64,000 nt of DNA from Macrostomum hystrix (GCA_950097015.1 CATNEN010000039.1:11098001-11162000), one strand, 5' to 3'. Shown: positions 27,549 through 38,439, numbered from the stretch's first letter. A program made the numbers and translations. The notes: generated by a model not told the origin, from the letters alone.

Positions 27549-27640
27549 TTGCCCTTGGTCGCCAGGGGCTAGCGAATGGCCGGAAACGCCTCCCCGCTGC
27601 ATCCGAGGGATGCCTCCTGCAGCTAAGTCAAGTAAGTCAA

Positions 27641-28430
27641 TACCAAGGCGTCCTTCGCCTCGAATCTCGAGCAGTGGCGGCGCTTCTGTGACCTAGAGGG
27701 TGTCCGCCCACTAGCGGCATCGCCAGTCCAGCTGGCCGAGTACGTGCGGCGCCTAGCTCAGCGCGGCGTGGCACCCGGCAGCCTCGGCGGCCACTTGACG
27801 GCCATCAGCTGGAGCTTCAAGCTCGCATAACTGCCCAAAATCACCAAGTCTGCCCTGATCGACCTAGCGGTTAAGGGCGCGAAGCAAACGAGCAGCCACT
27901 CGGTCAGGCAGCGAGACCCAATCACACCAGCAATGCTGATCTCGCTCGCGAACCAGGTCAACCTAGAAGATTCTGCAGACGCCGCCTTTTGGGTTGCCGT
28001 GCTGTGCTGCTTCTGGGCGCCGCCAGTAGAGCGAATGCGTGCGGGCGTCACGCTATCCTAGCCAGCGACGCTCGCCCCGATAGTCGGTGCTGGAGACTCC
28101 GGGTACGACAGTCCAAGACATACCAGAGCGGCAAAGACTACCAAGAGGCTGTCCTGCCGATGCTCGGAGACCACCCGCTTTTGTCCTGTACGGGCCCTGC
28201 AATGGCACCTTAAGATTAACAAGCTGAGGTCAGCGCCGGAGCGTACCCGGCTGTTCTGCGTCAGCTGTTCTGCGAACCTCTGGTTCATGGCGCCCGCTGA
28301 CAGGACGTCAATTCGATCGTCGCCTCGCTCGAGCCTTGGCGGATGCGGACTGGTCGGCGACCACCTTCTCAGGTCACTCTCTACGGCGGGGCGGCGCCTG
28401 CCTAGCTTTCGACAGCGGCCTCGACACGGC
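27641..28430 (+). pseudogene. DIRS-order (Ngaro/PAT-like) tyrosine recombinase remnant
   Basis: QWRRFC...LAEYV...RDPITPAML...FWVAVLCCFW, RQSKTYQ and FSGHSLRRGGA (HxxR motif). Contains a stop, frameshifts and deletions. Confidence 0.8.
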
Positions 28431-28600
28431 TCGGCGGCTCGCACAGCTGCGCGGTTTCGCGCAACCTGCCCCGATCAAGCGGTTGCCTGCCCCTCCTGTG
28501 GCCAATGGTCAACCGGGTTTTGTCAGTCGCGCCACGCTAGCCGCCCAGAAGCACATCTGACCTTACCTCTATTTGTTTTTCTTATTTCTTTTGTATTTTG

Positions 28601-28999
28601 GGATAAGTTTTCGTTCGCTGCACCCGCTGTGTTCCGCCTTTTTCCTCTCTCCGGCCAACCCGCTAAGCGTAGATTTGCTGGCCAATCGCTGTTAGCGGGG
28701 GCCAGGGGTTGTTTGTGCTCTGGCTGTGGGGTGGGCGAGCTGCGGCTTTGGTCGGGGGTGGGTGGCTGTGTGTGGCCCCTTTTAGCCCTGCGCGCTGTGC
28801 TGCCCTCGCCTTCCTTGTCGCCTCGCTTGTCTTGAGTTTTTTCCGGTTTTAGCCCCCGCAAGAATAAAAATCGCGTCATATTCGGTAATTTTTTAATATA
28901 AATATACTCCCTTCGTTGCCCACCTCTAAGGCAGTAGGATGAGTTTTCTTTCACTGCACCCGCTGTGTCCCGCCTTTTCATCTCTCCGGCCGACCCGCT
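28601..28999 (+). repeat. Split direct repeats (~63 bp at 28601-28664 and 28937-28999) downstream of the recombinase
   Basis: ggat(a/g)agtttt...ctgcacccgctgtgt...ctctccggcc.acccgct occurs twice, consistent with a B1-A2-B2 3' end. Confidence 0.6.
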
Positions 29000-29283
29000 T
29001 TCACATTGACACATTTTCAGAATTAAATTTTTAAATTAAAAGCACTAAGAATTAGTACGCCAGGGACAGTGGAGACAGATTTACACAAGTTACTACGCAA
29101 GGATTTCGATCAAAGTCCCTCAGCAGGTAACGAAGGTCCCTCAGCAGGTAACGAAGGGTCCCTCAGTATTCCACATATTCGGCATATTTTAGTGAAGGTA
29201 TGGTGAAAATCAGTTGAGCCGTTCGGGAGAAAATCAATTTCTCCAATATATAGAAATATAGTTAAGAATTTTAGTATATTGGA

Positions 29284-29740
29284 CTAGCACACTAAGCCCC
29301 CCTTGGGGGGCACTACTGTTCAGACAAAAAAATATTGTGTAATTCAGAAGGACAAAACACACCTGAAAGCAAACAAAAACAAAAACTAATTTCGTCAGTA
29401 TTAATTTCCCTGATTGCGAATATATGCGATTGCGATTCAAGAGAATTTGAATTCTCACTAAATACAAAAATAGTCTGTCGTAGCTTGAATACATTCTGGG
29501 ACATCCGTTCTGTACACCAAGAGCCCCATTGAGGCAAAATTACACAAGTAACTTTACGTTTGATACAACTCAGCTTAATGCTACTAAGGTACATGTGAAT
29601 ACTATCCCCCAGCAGTAAAAAACCAGTGTCTCCCCAGCTGCAGAAAACTAATATCCCCCAAACAGCAGAGAACTAATGTCCCCTCAGTAGCAAATAACCA
29701 ATGTCCCCCCAGCAGCAGAGAACTAATTACCCCCAGTAGC
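29284..29740 (-). mobile_element. 3' end of a non-autonomous Helitron-like element with degenerate ~24-25-bp internal repeats
   Basis: Minus strand hairpin gcccccc-aa-ggggggc followed by ttagtgtgCTAG|T. Related to the copy at 43925-44583. Confidence 0.65.
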
Positions 29741-30341
29741 AGTGTTGTGCGTCAGGCACTTTTTTCATTCCACTTAGTTTCAGCCGCCCACCATAGTGTT
29801 CCATTTGTTGATGTGTGCCCTTGTTCTCATCCTCAGTCGAAAACGCTGTCTCTGTTCCATCCCACCGGGCATTTGTTTTGCGGACCCCTCTTGCGATTGT
29901 CGCGAAAACGTGAGTTATTATTAACCAATCCTGTTCTCTGTACACCCTTGTGGTAATCTATTTTCTTACCCCTGTTATCTGCCAGCTCCGCCCTTCTCTA
30001 TCTATTATCGATTTTGTCGCTGTCCCTTTCCGCTAACCCCCCTCCAGTCTAGCGTCTGCCCCCACCTTGTTTTGCTCTCCCTCTGCACGCGTTATCTATC
30101 GTCTGTTAACCCCCCCAATGTACATTCACCCCAGGGTTTTCATACCCTCATTTGTCTCTCCTCGCTGTCGACCCCCTTTCTGTCCTAGCATATCAAAATT
30201 TATATTATACCGTTTCAGGCCCGAGGTAGAGTGGAGTGCTGTCTGCTGGTGCATCGGCGCAAATTATTGCAATTTGACTCATAACTCTAACATAGCGAAA
30301 GTTCAAATTAAATCAATTTATTTACATCGATTTAATGAGTA

Positions 30342-30453
30342 AATAAACAGCGGCCCCAGTGCGTGACAACGACTGTTTTGCGAGCGCCTACCGCCTAGCG
30401 CCTACCGGCGCTCGCAAAACAATCGTTGTCACGCACCGGGGCCGCTGTTTATT
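30342..30453. repeat. 47-bp near-perfect inverted repeat (hairpin) upstream of the Crypton-like ORF
   Basis: aataaacagcggcccc...gcgagcgcc / 18-nt loop / ggcgctcgc...ggggccgctgtttatt. Mirror copy at 63597-63708. Confidence 0.85.
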
Positions 30454-30570
30454 GATTGAGGCAAGCAGGGGAGAAGAGCACATGAAGAGAAATATTAACA
30501 AACCTGGAAGCTTAGACATGGATGCTAGAAGTGTCCATCTTCTAAATTTTAATAATCTTCCTGTCGATAG

Positions 30571-31285
30571 TGTTGTGTCTTGGCCTAATGGCCGACGGAG
30601 GGAGATGGGGGTTGGGTCCACCTGCCCGAGAAACCCAGGTCCCAGACCAACCCTGCCTACGCCTAACAGACCTGATTGGTTCAGCGAGAGTTCACTGAGC
30701 CAACCGCCCTGAGACTAGCGAGAGTTCACTCGTCTCAGGTCCCTAACGGAGCGAGAGTTCACTCAGTACGCCCCACCGGCCCGACGCGGTAATCCCCGGA
30801 ATGAGGAAGACACGAGCTCACCTTGAACGTCTCCACGCAAGCTGATCGGCTCTACTCGTTTATTGCCGGCACTTGAATAACAACTATGATTGGTAGATAG
30901 GCAATGCACAGACTTGCAGAAGGGCAGGTAGGAAGTCGAGGCGGACGGGGTTACAGATAGGGCGGGGCGACTACTTATATAACTTACTATACAGGGCAGA
31001 GAAGAGGGAGAGAGAGAAAAATTAGACACAAAGCCTGGGTCACTGGCGGCTTATCCGGCCGCCAGCCAATGCGAGTGGCCCAGGTGGGGGGAGGGGTAGA
31101 GAGAGGCGGGGCTAGCGCAACGCTGGGGCATGGGCAGGTGGGCGCAGAGAAGAAAAAAAGGGGGGCTAGGCCGGGGTTGAGGCGTAAGCCTCTTACAAAC
31201 CCTGACCTAGGCTGGCACGGGTGTAGGAAGGGGTGGGGCAGACAAACAACGCAGAGGGCACAAAGTGCATTTGCACGGCACAACA
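30571..31285 (-). repeat. 3' LTR, preceded on the minus strand by the PPT ggagggggagga (31286-31297)
   Basis: Direct repeat of 38440-39154 with TG...CA ends. Confidence 0.95.
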
Positions 31286-31508
31286 TCCTCCCCCTCCAAG
31301 AAAAAGAAGAGTAGAAGGGGATACAAAAGCATCGCATGCGAAAAAAAACAACACAGAAAGAAAAATAAAAGGCTCACTACCCGAACGATATAAAAATAGG
31401 GTTTGGACCATAGACTACGAAGCACCTAAACCAGCATGAAAAACAATAGGACAAATTAACCAAGCTAAATAAATTGTCAGCAACAAAGTTACGCAAGAGC
31501 ACGCAAAA

Positions 31509-33227
31509 TTAGTCAAAGAGTCGCCCGAAAAATCGGCTCGCGTTTGTAGCAAAAAGTCGAGTCCAATACTCACGCCCGCAATCACTGTCAGCTAGAGCAT
31601 CTGGCACCAAATTTACGGCGGTCGGGTCCTTGGGGTCTCCACCGAACGGTGAGGCAGATGTCACTAGAAGACGATGTCGCGGAAGTCGCCTAGCCCGTTG
31701 CACTGCTCGCGGGGATCCTCGGCACCGGACTGATGCCTCGAAGAATACACCGTGGCACACGTCCACGAGCACAGTCTCGACGGCTGCCGGCATGTCCAGG
31801 TCCTCAGCCAGCATGATGTACATAGCGTGGAACTCGGGCTGCTGGAGGAATCCTAGGGCGACCGCCCAGGCAGGTTCACCACCGATAACTCGGAACAGGA
31901 CCGGTAGACCGAACTCCTTGGCTAGGAGAAACTGCTCCATTGCTGCCGTCAGCTGATCTTGACGTTGCGAGCCCGCGACGTCCCAATTGAGCTCGACTTC
32001 GCCGACAGCAACGGCACGCGGCCAGCCACCCGTTAGAAATTGTCGCAACTCGTCTCGCAGCGACGGCCACCATGTTGCAGAACTCCCGTTCAGGCCCAGG
32101 GCGAACACGATCCGACTATCTTGCAGCAATGGTTGCACCACGGGACAATCCCGACGTAGGCAGTAAGGTGAGTTCACAATCGCCAAGCATCGACGCACAC
32201 CACGAAGATATTCGGGTTGAATTGGTCGGCCCAGTCTAGTTAGGTACGCCTTGGCATCGACCAGACGTTCCGCAGAGCCGACACCGTGCTGACCGGGGCT
32301 GCTGTCGCGACGCAGCTCCTGGCTGCCAACGACATCGCTGCTGCGACCGACCTCCTGGCTCGCGACGGCTGTTCCCTGCTGTGCAGAGTTTTCGCTGATT
32401 GACGTTGCGGTCGACGACGAATCGCGCAGTCTTGCTGTCGGGGCCTGAGAAAGGTGCGGCCCGTGACCTCGCCCTCCCGGGGACCGCGCAGGGCCGGGAC
32501 CCACTAAGAGAGACAGGGACCGGAGCTTCCTAAGCAAGGGACCCCCCAACTCACGCAACTCAAAGCAACGCACCGCTAGCACAACACACTCAAACGCTGC
32601 CTGCAACACCGAAGGCGGAATCCGCCGACACCTCCCCGACCCAACACCGCGACCACGCTTCCTCCCATACTGATTACACAAAAACGAAGCAGAGACGGCT
32701 AAAAGCCTGGAAAATTGCACCGGCACACTCACACCAATCCCTTCAAGAAACTTTGCCCCCTCGCGCACGACTAGGCAAGCTCCATCACTGTCGCCAACCC
32801 TAAAGCAAGACAAAAGCGCACCTCTCAGCCGCCTACACTCAACAACTGCAGCTGGAGTGGACAACTCGGTTGGGATCTCCACGTGAATTGGAACTTCCTC
32901 AGCGTCATCTTTAAGGCTGGTCAGAGCTAACTTGACATGCTCCGGCAAAGCAACATCCGGTGGAGGATTGAAAAAGTAGGCGTACTTTAACACCCCTTGG
33001 CACGCAGCTTCTCCAACCCGATTGTACACTTCTCGGAACACTGGATCAGTCAAGACACAAAATGCCATCACGTCTCGCTGAGACTCCGGAGACTCTGTCT
33101 CGGCCGATACGACGACGGGCCGTTGAGAGTACATTCGACTACACACTGCCTCAATTTCTGCAGAACTAGCCGTCCGACCCACGCCTATAATGCCATACAA
33201 GTCAGTCGGTGTCTCCTGCGATGACAT
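31509..33227 (-). CDS. Extra Gypsy ORF: DnaJ-like N-terminal domain (no HPD), linker and TatD-like DNase fold (likely inactive)
   Basis: DLYGIIGVGRTASSAEI...AFCVLTDPVFREVYNRVG resembles a J domain. LVDAKAYL, AVGEVELNW, QFLLAKEFGLPVLF, LPRHRLLVTSASPF and TNASRFF follow the TatD motif order. Confidence 0.8.
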   Translation of the reverse strand: MSSQETPTDLYGIIGVGRTASSAEIEAVCSRMYSQRPVVVSAETESPESQRDVMAFCVLTDPVFREVYNRVGEAACQGVLKYAYFFNPPPDVALPEHVKLALTSLKDDAEEVPIHVEIPTELSTPAAVVECRRLRGALLSCFRVGDSDGACLVVREGAKFLEGIGVSVPVQFSRLLAVSASFLCNQYGRKRGRGVGSGRCRRIPPSVLQAAFECVVLAVRCFELRELGGPLLRKLRSLSLLVGPGPARSPGGRGHGPHLSQAPTARLRDSSSTATSISENSAQQGTAVASQEVGRSSDVVGSQELRRDSSPGQHGVGSAERLVDAKAYLTRLGRPIQPEYLRGVRRCLAIVNSPYCLRRDCPVVQPLLQDSRIVFALGLNGSSATWWPSLRDELRQFLTGGWPRAVAVGEVELNWDVAGSQRQDQLTAAMEQFLLAKEFGLPVLFRVIGGEPAWAVALGFLQQPEFHAMYIMLAEDLDMPAAVETVLVDVCHGVFFEASVRCRGSPRAVQRARRLPRHRLLVTSASPFGGDPKDPTAVNLVPDALADSDCGREYWTRLFATNASRFFGRLFD

Positions 33228-33472
33228 GTTGACCCTGCAATTTGTTTTTTTGACGTTAAAAGATTCAATTTACTACCGGTGTCTACCCGATCACCAAAAG
33301 CCATCCCGGATTGCCCGCCCCTAATGCTGAACAATGAAATGTAATGGAATACCGTACGAACGATGACGCAACCTGTCAATGTTATTTTTTTCTTTTATTT
33401 TTTAGTGCATTTTATGAATTTTTTTGTTCTTTTTTTATCTTCTTTTGTGTGGTGTATGTGGGTTTTTTTCGT

Positions 33473-34800
33473 TTAATACAGTATTGGATTACCATATCGT
33501 ATTGGCCGATGACCTCTTTGGGGTCGCAAGCGGCGCGGTGACACTGGAGGTGCGTCGACGGCAGGCGAGTGACGCACAGGTGCCGGTCCCTGGTTACGGT
33601 TTATTAGAGGTACAAAGACGAACTCGTCCGGGTCCCCATCTTCAAAATCGGGCTCCGACTCCTGAGGGGTTCTCTCAGCACCCTCACTCCGCCTCTTTTG
33701 CGCGTTAGACTTCCGTTTCACTTTTCGTAAGCTTTGCAGTCCTGGAGGTCGCTCCGGAACTTTGCGAAGGTTGTTGTAATGCACAGTTTTTGTCTTTTTC
33801 TTATTTTCCAAACGAATTCTGAAATTAACGTCAGAAATTTTTTCAACGACTTTGGCCGGTCCCTTCCAATAGTTGTGGAACTTTGCAGCTTCATTCGGCT
33901 GCAGGGCAGGTGAGTATTCGAGTACGGTATCACCTACTTCAATTGACGGGCCTCTGACTCTAGAATCGTACATAATCTTTTGCTTTCTCTGATATTGCTG
34001 CAGATTTTCCCTTATTCGGAGTGCGCTTCGGCTAGCCTACTCCCTAGGAGCTGCAGGTACTCAGTCACCCGGCATTGACTCTGGTAAATTGCCTATATCA
34101 ACCGGCAGACGCATTTCTTTTGCATAGAGCATGTAGTACGGGGTGTACCCCGTGCCACGATGTACACTACTACGATAGGCAAGAAGTGATGGCGCGATTA
34201 ACTCCTCCCAATCACCCTGAGCTTCGCTTTGACGGCATTTGATCATATACTTTAGAGTTTTGTTAAAACTCTCCGCCTGACCATCGGCCATGGGATGGTA
34301 GGATGTTGTTCGGCATTTCTTTACCGACATCAACTGACACAACTGTTTCACCAACAAAGACTCGAAATTAGTGCCCTTGTCTGTTACAAGAAACTCTGGG
34401 CACCCAAATTGCGCAATCCAGTGATCGAAAATAGCTTTTGCTACAGTGTGCGCCCGCTGATTGGGTAGGGGAACCGCCACAGGCCATTTCGTGAACGAAT
34501 CCTGGATCGTTAGCACGAATCTAGACCCGTTCCGTGATCGGGGCAATGGTCCCACAATGTCAGACATGATTCTCTGGAACGGAGCTTCAGAAACAATTGG
34601 CTTCAAAGGAGCTCGATTGGCCTGTCTTGGCTTAGCTCTAGCACAGTGGATGCAGCTCTTACAGTATTCTTCCACTCTACGCGATAGCCCGGGCCACCAG
34701 AACCTACCTTTTCCTGGGTTTTCTTTACGCCTAGGTGACCTCCTGCTACTCCATCATGCAACTCCCTGGAACACTTTAGAAAATAACGTTGGAGGTAAGA
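33473..34800 (-). pseudogene. Gypsy integrase (zinc finger, DD35E core, GPY/F region), split by frameshifts
   Basis: GGHLG...CKSCIHC, MSDIVGP, TDKGTNF, YHPMADGQAES and WKGPAKV are spread over several frames. Confidence 0.88.
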
Positions 34801-37800
34801 CAATTTTTTTACTCCTCGGTTTCCCGGGCTTCGAAAGTACAGCAACTGAGATTCTTCATGCAGCAGTTGACGATGAGCCCAAAGACCTCGCTCTTCAGTC
34901 GACATCACTACTGGCGGTTGTCCAAATCCCTCAGGATCACTAATGAATGCCTTTACACTGGACAGCTTACTTTCTGCTTCCTGAGCTTGCTGAATTTCCT
35001 TCTTGTCAAGGCTACTACCTAGCACGACGTTTACCACAGGACTGTTAGGCTCGAAAGAGCAGCTAGGACAGCTCTCATGCCCAGAGTGCTTGCGGTATTT
35101 CCTGGATAACGAATCTGCGTTCGAATGGTCTCGGCCAGGTCGATGGATAATTTCGAACTCGTAGTTCTGAAGGGACTCCAACCACCTAGCACACTGTCCC
35201 TCCACATCTCTCAGACTAGTCAGCCATTGCAACGCTTTGTGGTCGCACCTGATAATAAATTTGCGGCCTAAAAGATAATAACGGTATTTCTTCACAAAGT
35301 GCACGATCGCTAGCAGCTCGAGACGGGTAGTGCAGTAATTCTGCTCCGCAGAAGTTATACTTCGTGACCCGTAAGCGATCACCTTCTCCTTTCCATCAAC
35401 CTGTCTTTGAGACAGCACAGCACCAAGGCCTACTCTGGAACTCGCATCCGTGTCCAAAATGAACTCACCGGCCGTAGGGGCGAAGTCCGGAAATGCCATC
35501 ACCTGGAGTGAGCAAAGCGCTGCCTTCAGCTTACAAAATGCACCCTCTTCGTCACCTCCCCATCTAAACTCTGTACCTGCGGCAGTCAAGAGATACAACG
35601 GAGCTGCGATCACAGAGAAGTTTTGAATGAATGTTTGGTAATACGCACAGACGCCGAGAAATGTTTGAACCTTTTTTACACTGCATGGCCTCGGCCAGTT
35701 TTGAATTTCCATGCACTTGTCCGAGTCTGTACCTATCCCACGGGCCGAGATCCTGTGACCTAGAAACTTAATTTCGCTGGCCAGGAAAACACATTTGCTA
35801 GGTTTCAACTTAACATTTGCGGCGCGCAGATGCTGGAATACATGCTCCAGACGCTCGAGGTGTTGTTCCACACTCCTAGCGAAAACGACAATGTCATCGA
35901 AGTAGACCAGACATTCCTTCCAATTTAGGTCTGATAAGGCCATCGACATTAACCGAGTAAATGTCGCTGGTGCATTTCGGAGACCAAAGCTCATGCACTT
36001 CCAAGCGAACTGGCCTCTGTTCGGCACGATAAAAGCAGATTTTAGCTGATCTTTCACCGCTAATGGACACTGATGATATCCGGACGCCAAATCCATCGTC
36101 GAAAAGATGTTGTTGCCTCCCAATGCAACCATTGTCTCATCCATTCTAGGTGGTGGATATGGGTCCGGAACTGTTACCTTATTTAGTCGCCTGTAATCAA
36201 GACACAAACGCAAGCTGCCATCCGGCTTTTTTACCGGAACAATGGGGCTAGCCCAAGGCGAATAGCACGGATAAATTCGATCGGCAGTCAATAACTCATC
36301 TACCTGCTTGTCTACCTCGCCCTTCCAATGAGGCGGAAGCCTCCTAGGAGCCAGATGGATCGGCTTGGCATCACCTGTATCGATTTCGTGCGACAAAAGA
36401 TGACTACATCCTAATTCGGAGTTGTCTTTTGTGAAAGCATCGCGATTCCGAGAGATCAGCTCGATGAACTGGTTCTTTTCACTCTCAGCAAGCCCACATT
36501 TGCCCCACTCCTTGACATCATCCAACGGACTCCAATCCCCGTCTGCTGCGATTGCAGCGTTGACTTGCAATCCGGCTGGTTGTTGGGCTGCGATAGGCGA
36601 GAACCATCCTACTCTCGTTCCTTTTCTCAGGGAGAGATGACAGTCTGAAGTGTTAAGAATTCTCACTGGCATGAATCCTTCATCTCCAGGCTTCTGAACC
36701 GATCTAGCAACCAGGCGCTCATGACTGAATCGCTTTTCAGACTCTACCATTCCTAGAAACTGGACTCCAGCGACTCCGTACCGCTGAACCCTGACCTGGA
36801 CAATCCTTTCTTGCCCTGCACTAAACTGCTCGGATCTACTCAGAATCAGACGGCACAGCCGCGGCTTTTCCGCTGTCAGACGGAACGGATAAACATACGC
36901 GCCTGCCTGCAAGCAAGTTCGAGCAAAATCGATTGACATGCCGTTCTTTAAGAAAAAATCTACACCCAGAATGCACTCAGCAGACAGGTGATCAACAATA
37001 GCAAACTCTTGCTCAAACTCAGTTTCACCAACCTGGAAAGTTAACTTCGCTGTCCCACACACAGGAATGGCCTCACCATTAGCAGCAAAGATTGACCATT
37101 GATTCGGATTCTGGACGACTTGAATTTTCAACTTGTTTTGATTCACAACTTTACGATTAAGAATTGACACGGTAGCACCACTATCCAACAGACACGCTAA
37201 CGAGGGCCCAGAGCCAAACTTGGCATCAAGATAGCCTAACCCAGTTCTACTCAGCACACTCTGGGTCAAGGCTGGAGCCCTCGGAGCACTCGGACTCAAT
37301 GGCGCGGGGGCCCGGGACGCTGACCCAACCGGGCCCCGCTCCCATTTTCCCTGATTACCGCGATTCCAACGCTGATAGCAGCCGTTCCGCAAATGGCCCG
37401 GCTGACCACACTCAAGACAGACGACTGGATTTCTGCACTGGGACGCCACATGTCCCATCTGCAGGCATCGACCACAAGACCTTGGCTGGTGGGGCACCGC
37501 AGATCCCCCCTGCTGAAGGCCCTTCGACTGCTGGACCACTTTTGGCTGTACCATCGGCTTCGAGTTCGCCACGGAAGCTGTACTAGCCTTCAGCTGTGCT
37601 ATTTCGGCTTTTAAAGCTGCAATCTCAGCTACCTCCTCGCTCCGTTGAGCTACGGGCTGGCTCTCTATCATGTGGACTCCTCGACTAGACCCTCCTCTGT
37701 CTTCCAGTAACTTCATGTAGGCCATGGTTTGGCGAACTCTCTGGAATGCCTCTTGCAGAGTCTCTGGGTTGTGCATTAGCACACCCTCTAGCACTCGAGT

Positions 37801-38277
37801 CGGTACTTTAATACCTTTTAAGAAACGATCCTTAGCCAGTTCATCCCGCTGGGCTGCTGTTAAGTTAGGATAAGCTTTTCTCATGAGCTCCCTAAGCGAG
37901 TCAGCGAAGTCTTCAATCGCCTCTCCCTCTTTCTGGTTTCGGCCTTGAAATTCTAATTTGTAGTCTTGAGCAGTCCTATTCTGACAGAAACGAGCCTCTA
38001 ATCGCTCGATAAACTCCTCATACGTTAAGTCGTCATCCAGCTCCATGTTCGCTACGGCCTTAAATGCAGTCCCAAAGTCAAGAAGGCTTATCAAAGTCTG
38101 TCGACGCTGATCCTGCGCAATCTGCGCTGCATCACAGTATACTGTGAACTGTTGCAACCACAGAGTGAAATCCTGCGATGTTACGTACTTATTTGGCCGT
38201 GGTACGCGTTGAGCTACATTTAACTGATTTTGAATGCGCACTGTCAGGGCGTCGATTAGATCATCCAAATTAGCCAT
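34603..38277 (-). CDS. Gypsy gag-pol polyprotein (gag with 2 CCHC knuckles, protease, RT, RNase H); goes out of frame near 34800
   Basis: CGRCLQMGHVASQC, CLECGQPGHLRNGC, LLDSGA, YFDDIVV, LDTDAS, CDHKAL. Likely start MANLDD at 38277. Confidence 0.93.
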   Translation of the reverse strand: MANLDDLIDALTVRIQNQLNVAQRVPRPNKYVTSQDFTLWLQQFTVYCDAAQIAQDQRRQTLISLLDFGTAFKAVANMELDDDLTYEEFIERLEARFCQNRTAQDYKLEFQGRNQKEGEAIEDFADSLRELMRKAYPNLTAAQRDELAKDRFLKGIKVPTRVLEGVLMHNPETLQEAFQRVRQTMAYMKLLEDRGGSSRGVHMIESQPVAQRSEEVAEIAALKAEIAQLKASTASVANSKPMVQPKVVQQSKGLQQGGSAVPHQPRSCGRCLQMGHVASQCRNPVVCLECGQPGHLRNGCYQRWNRGNQGKWERGPVGSASRAPAPLSPSAPRAPALTQSVLSRTGLGYLDAKFGSGPSLACLLDSGATVSILNRKVVNQNKLKIQVVQNPNQWSIFAANGEAIPVCGTAKLTFQVGETEFEQEFAIVDHLSAECILGVDFFLKNGMSIDFARTCLQAGAYVYPFRLTAEKPRLCRLILSRSEQFSAGQERIVQVRVQRYGVAGVQFLGMVESEKRFSHERLVARSVQKPGDEGFMPVRILNTSDCHLSLRKGTRVGWFSPIAAQQPAGLQVNAAIAADGDWSPLDDVKEWGKCGLAESEKNQFIELISRNRDAFTKDNSELGCSHLLSHEIDTGDAKPIHLAPRRLPPHWKGEVDKQVDELLTADRIYPCYSPWASPIVPVKKPDGSLRLCLDYRRLNKVTVPDPYPPPRMDETMVALGGNNIFSTMDLASGYHQCPLAVKDQLKSAFIVPNRGQFAWKCMSFGLRNAPATFTRLMSMALSDLNWKECLVYFDDIVVFARSVEQHLERLEHVFQHLRAANVKLKPSKCVFLASEIKFLGHRISARGIGTDSDKCMEIQNWPRPCSVKKVQTFLGVCAYYQTFIQNFSVIAAPLYLLTAAGTEFRWGGDEEGAFCKLKAALCSLQVMAFPDFAPTAGEFILDTDASSRVGLGAVLSQRQVDGKEKVIAYGSRSITSAEQNYCTTRLELLAIVHFVKKYRYYLLGRKFIIRCDHKALQWLTSLRDVEGQCARWLESLQNYEFEIIHRPGRDHSNADSLSRKYRKHSGHESCPSCSFEPNSPVVNVVLGSSLDKKEIQQAQEAESKLSSVKAFISDPEGFGQPPVVMSTEERGLWAHRQLLHEESQLLYFRSPGNRGVKKLSYLQRYFLKCSRELHDGVAGGHLGVKKTQEKVGSGGPGYRVEWKNTVRAASTVLELSQDRPIELL

Positions 38278-38418
38278 GGCTACAAAAGCAAACACAATGC
38301 TCCAGCACAGCGACACGGACACCGAGACAGACAAAATACACTGAGACCACAGACTAATTACCTACCGAGCCAATCCACGCCCCCACAAACACATACGCTA
38401 GGACACGGGAAGACTGGA

Positions 38419-38436
38419 ATCCTGGTCACGGCACCA
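38419..38436 (-). promoter_or_regulatory. Primer binding site complementary to tRNA-His
   Basis: TGGTGCCGTGACCAGGAT lies 3 nt inside the 5' LTR boundary and matches the tRNA-His 3' end pattern. Confidence 0.85.
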
Positions 38437-38439
38437 CTT

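Larger units (their letters stand above)
18132..27640 (+). mobile_element. Degenerate RNase H-containing LINE (LOA/R1/I-group-like), interrupted by two insertions
   Basis: ORF1, then APE (LQLNLHH, GDINAHH, SDH), RT (IPKPGK, FRPISL, GPQGGVLSP, YADD), RNase H ([17 protein letters not shown]) and CPFC..EHFICDC zinc motif. 3' tail taagtcaagtaagtcaa. The 5' boundary is uncertain. Confidence 0.88.

Noticed and set aside
29743-30291. TGTTG...AACA segment as another solo LTR
   Set aside because: No matching TSD, PBS or independent second copy in the window.
30763-31439. ORFs within the LTRs (also at 38632-39329 and 62590-63287)
   Set aside because: Incidental ORFs in LTR sequence with no domain signal.
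31509-33227. Extra ORF as env, or as a host or bacterial tatD gene
   Set aside because: It has no evident signal peptide or fusion/TM anchor pattern, lies inside the LTR boundaries, is intronless and lacks TatD catalytic residues.
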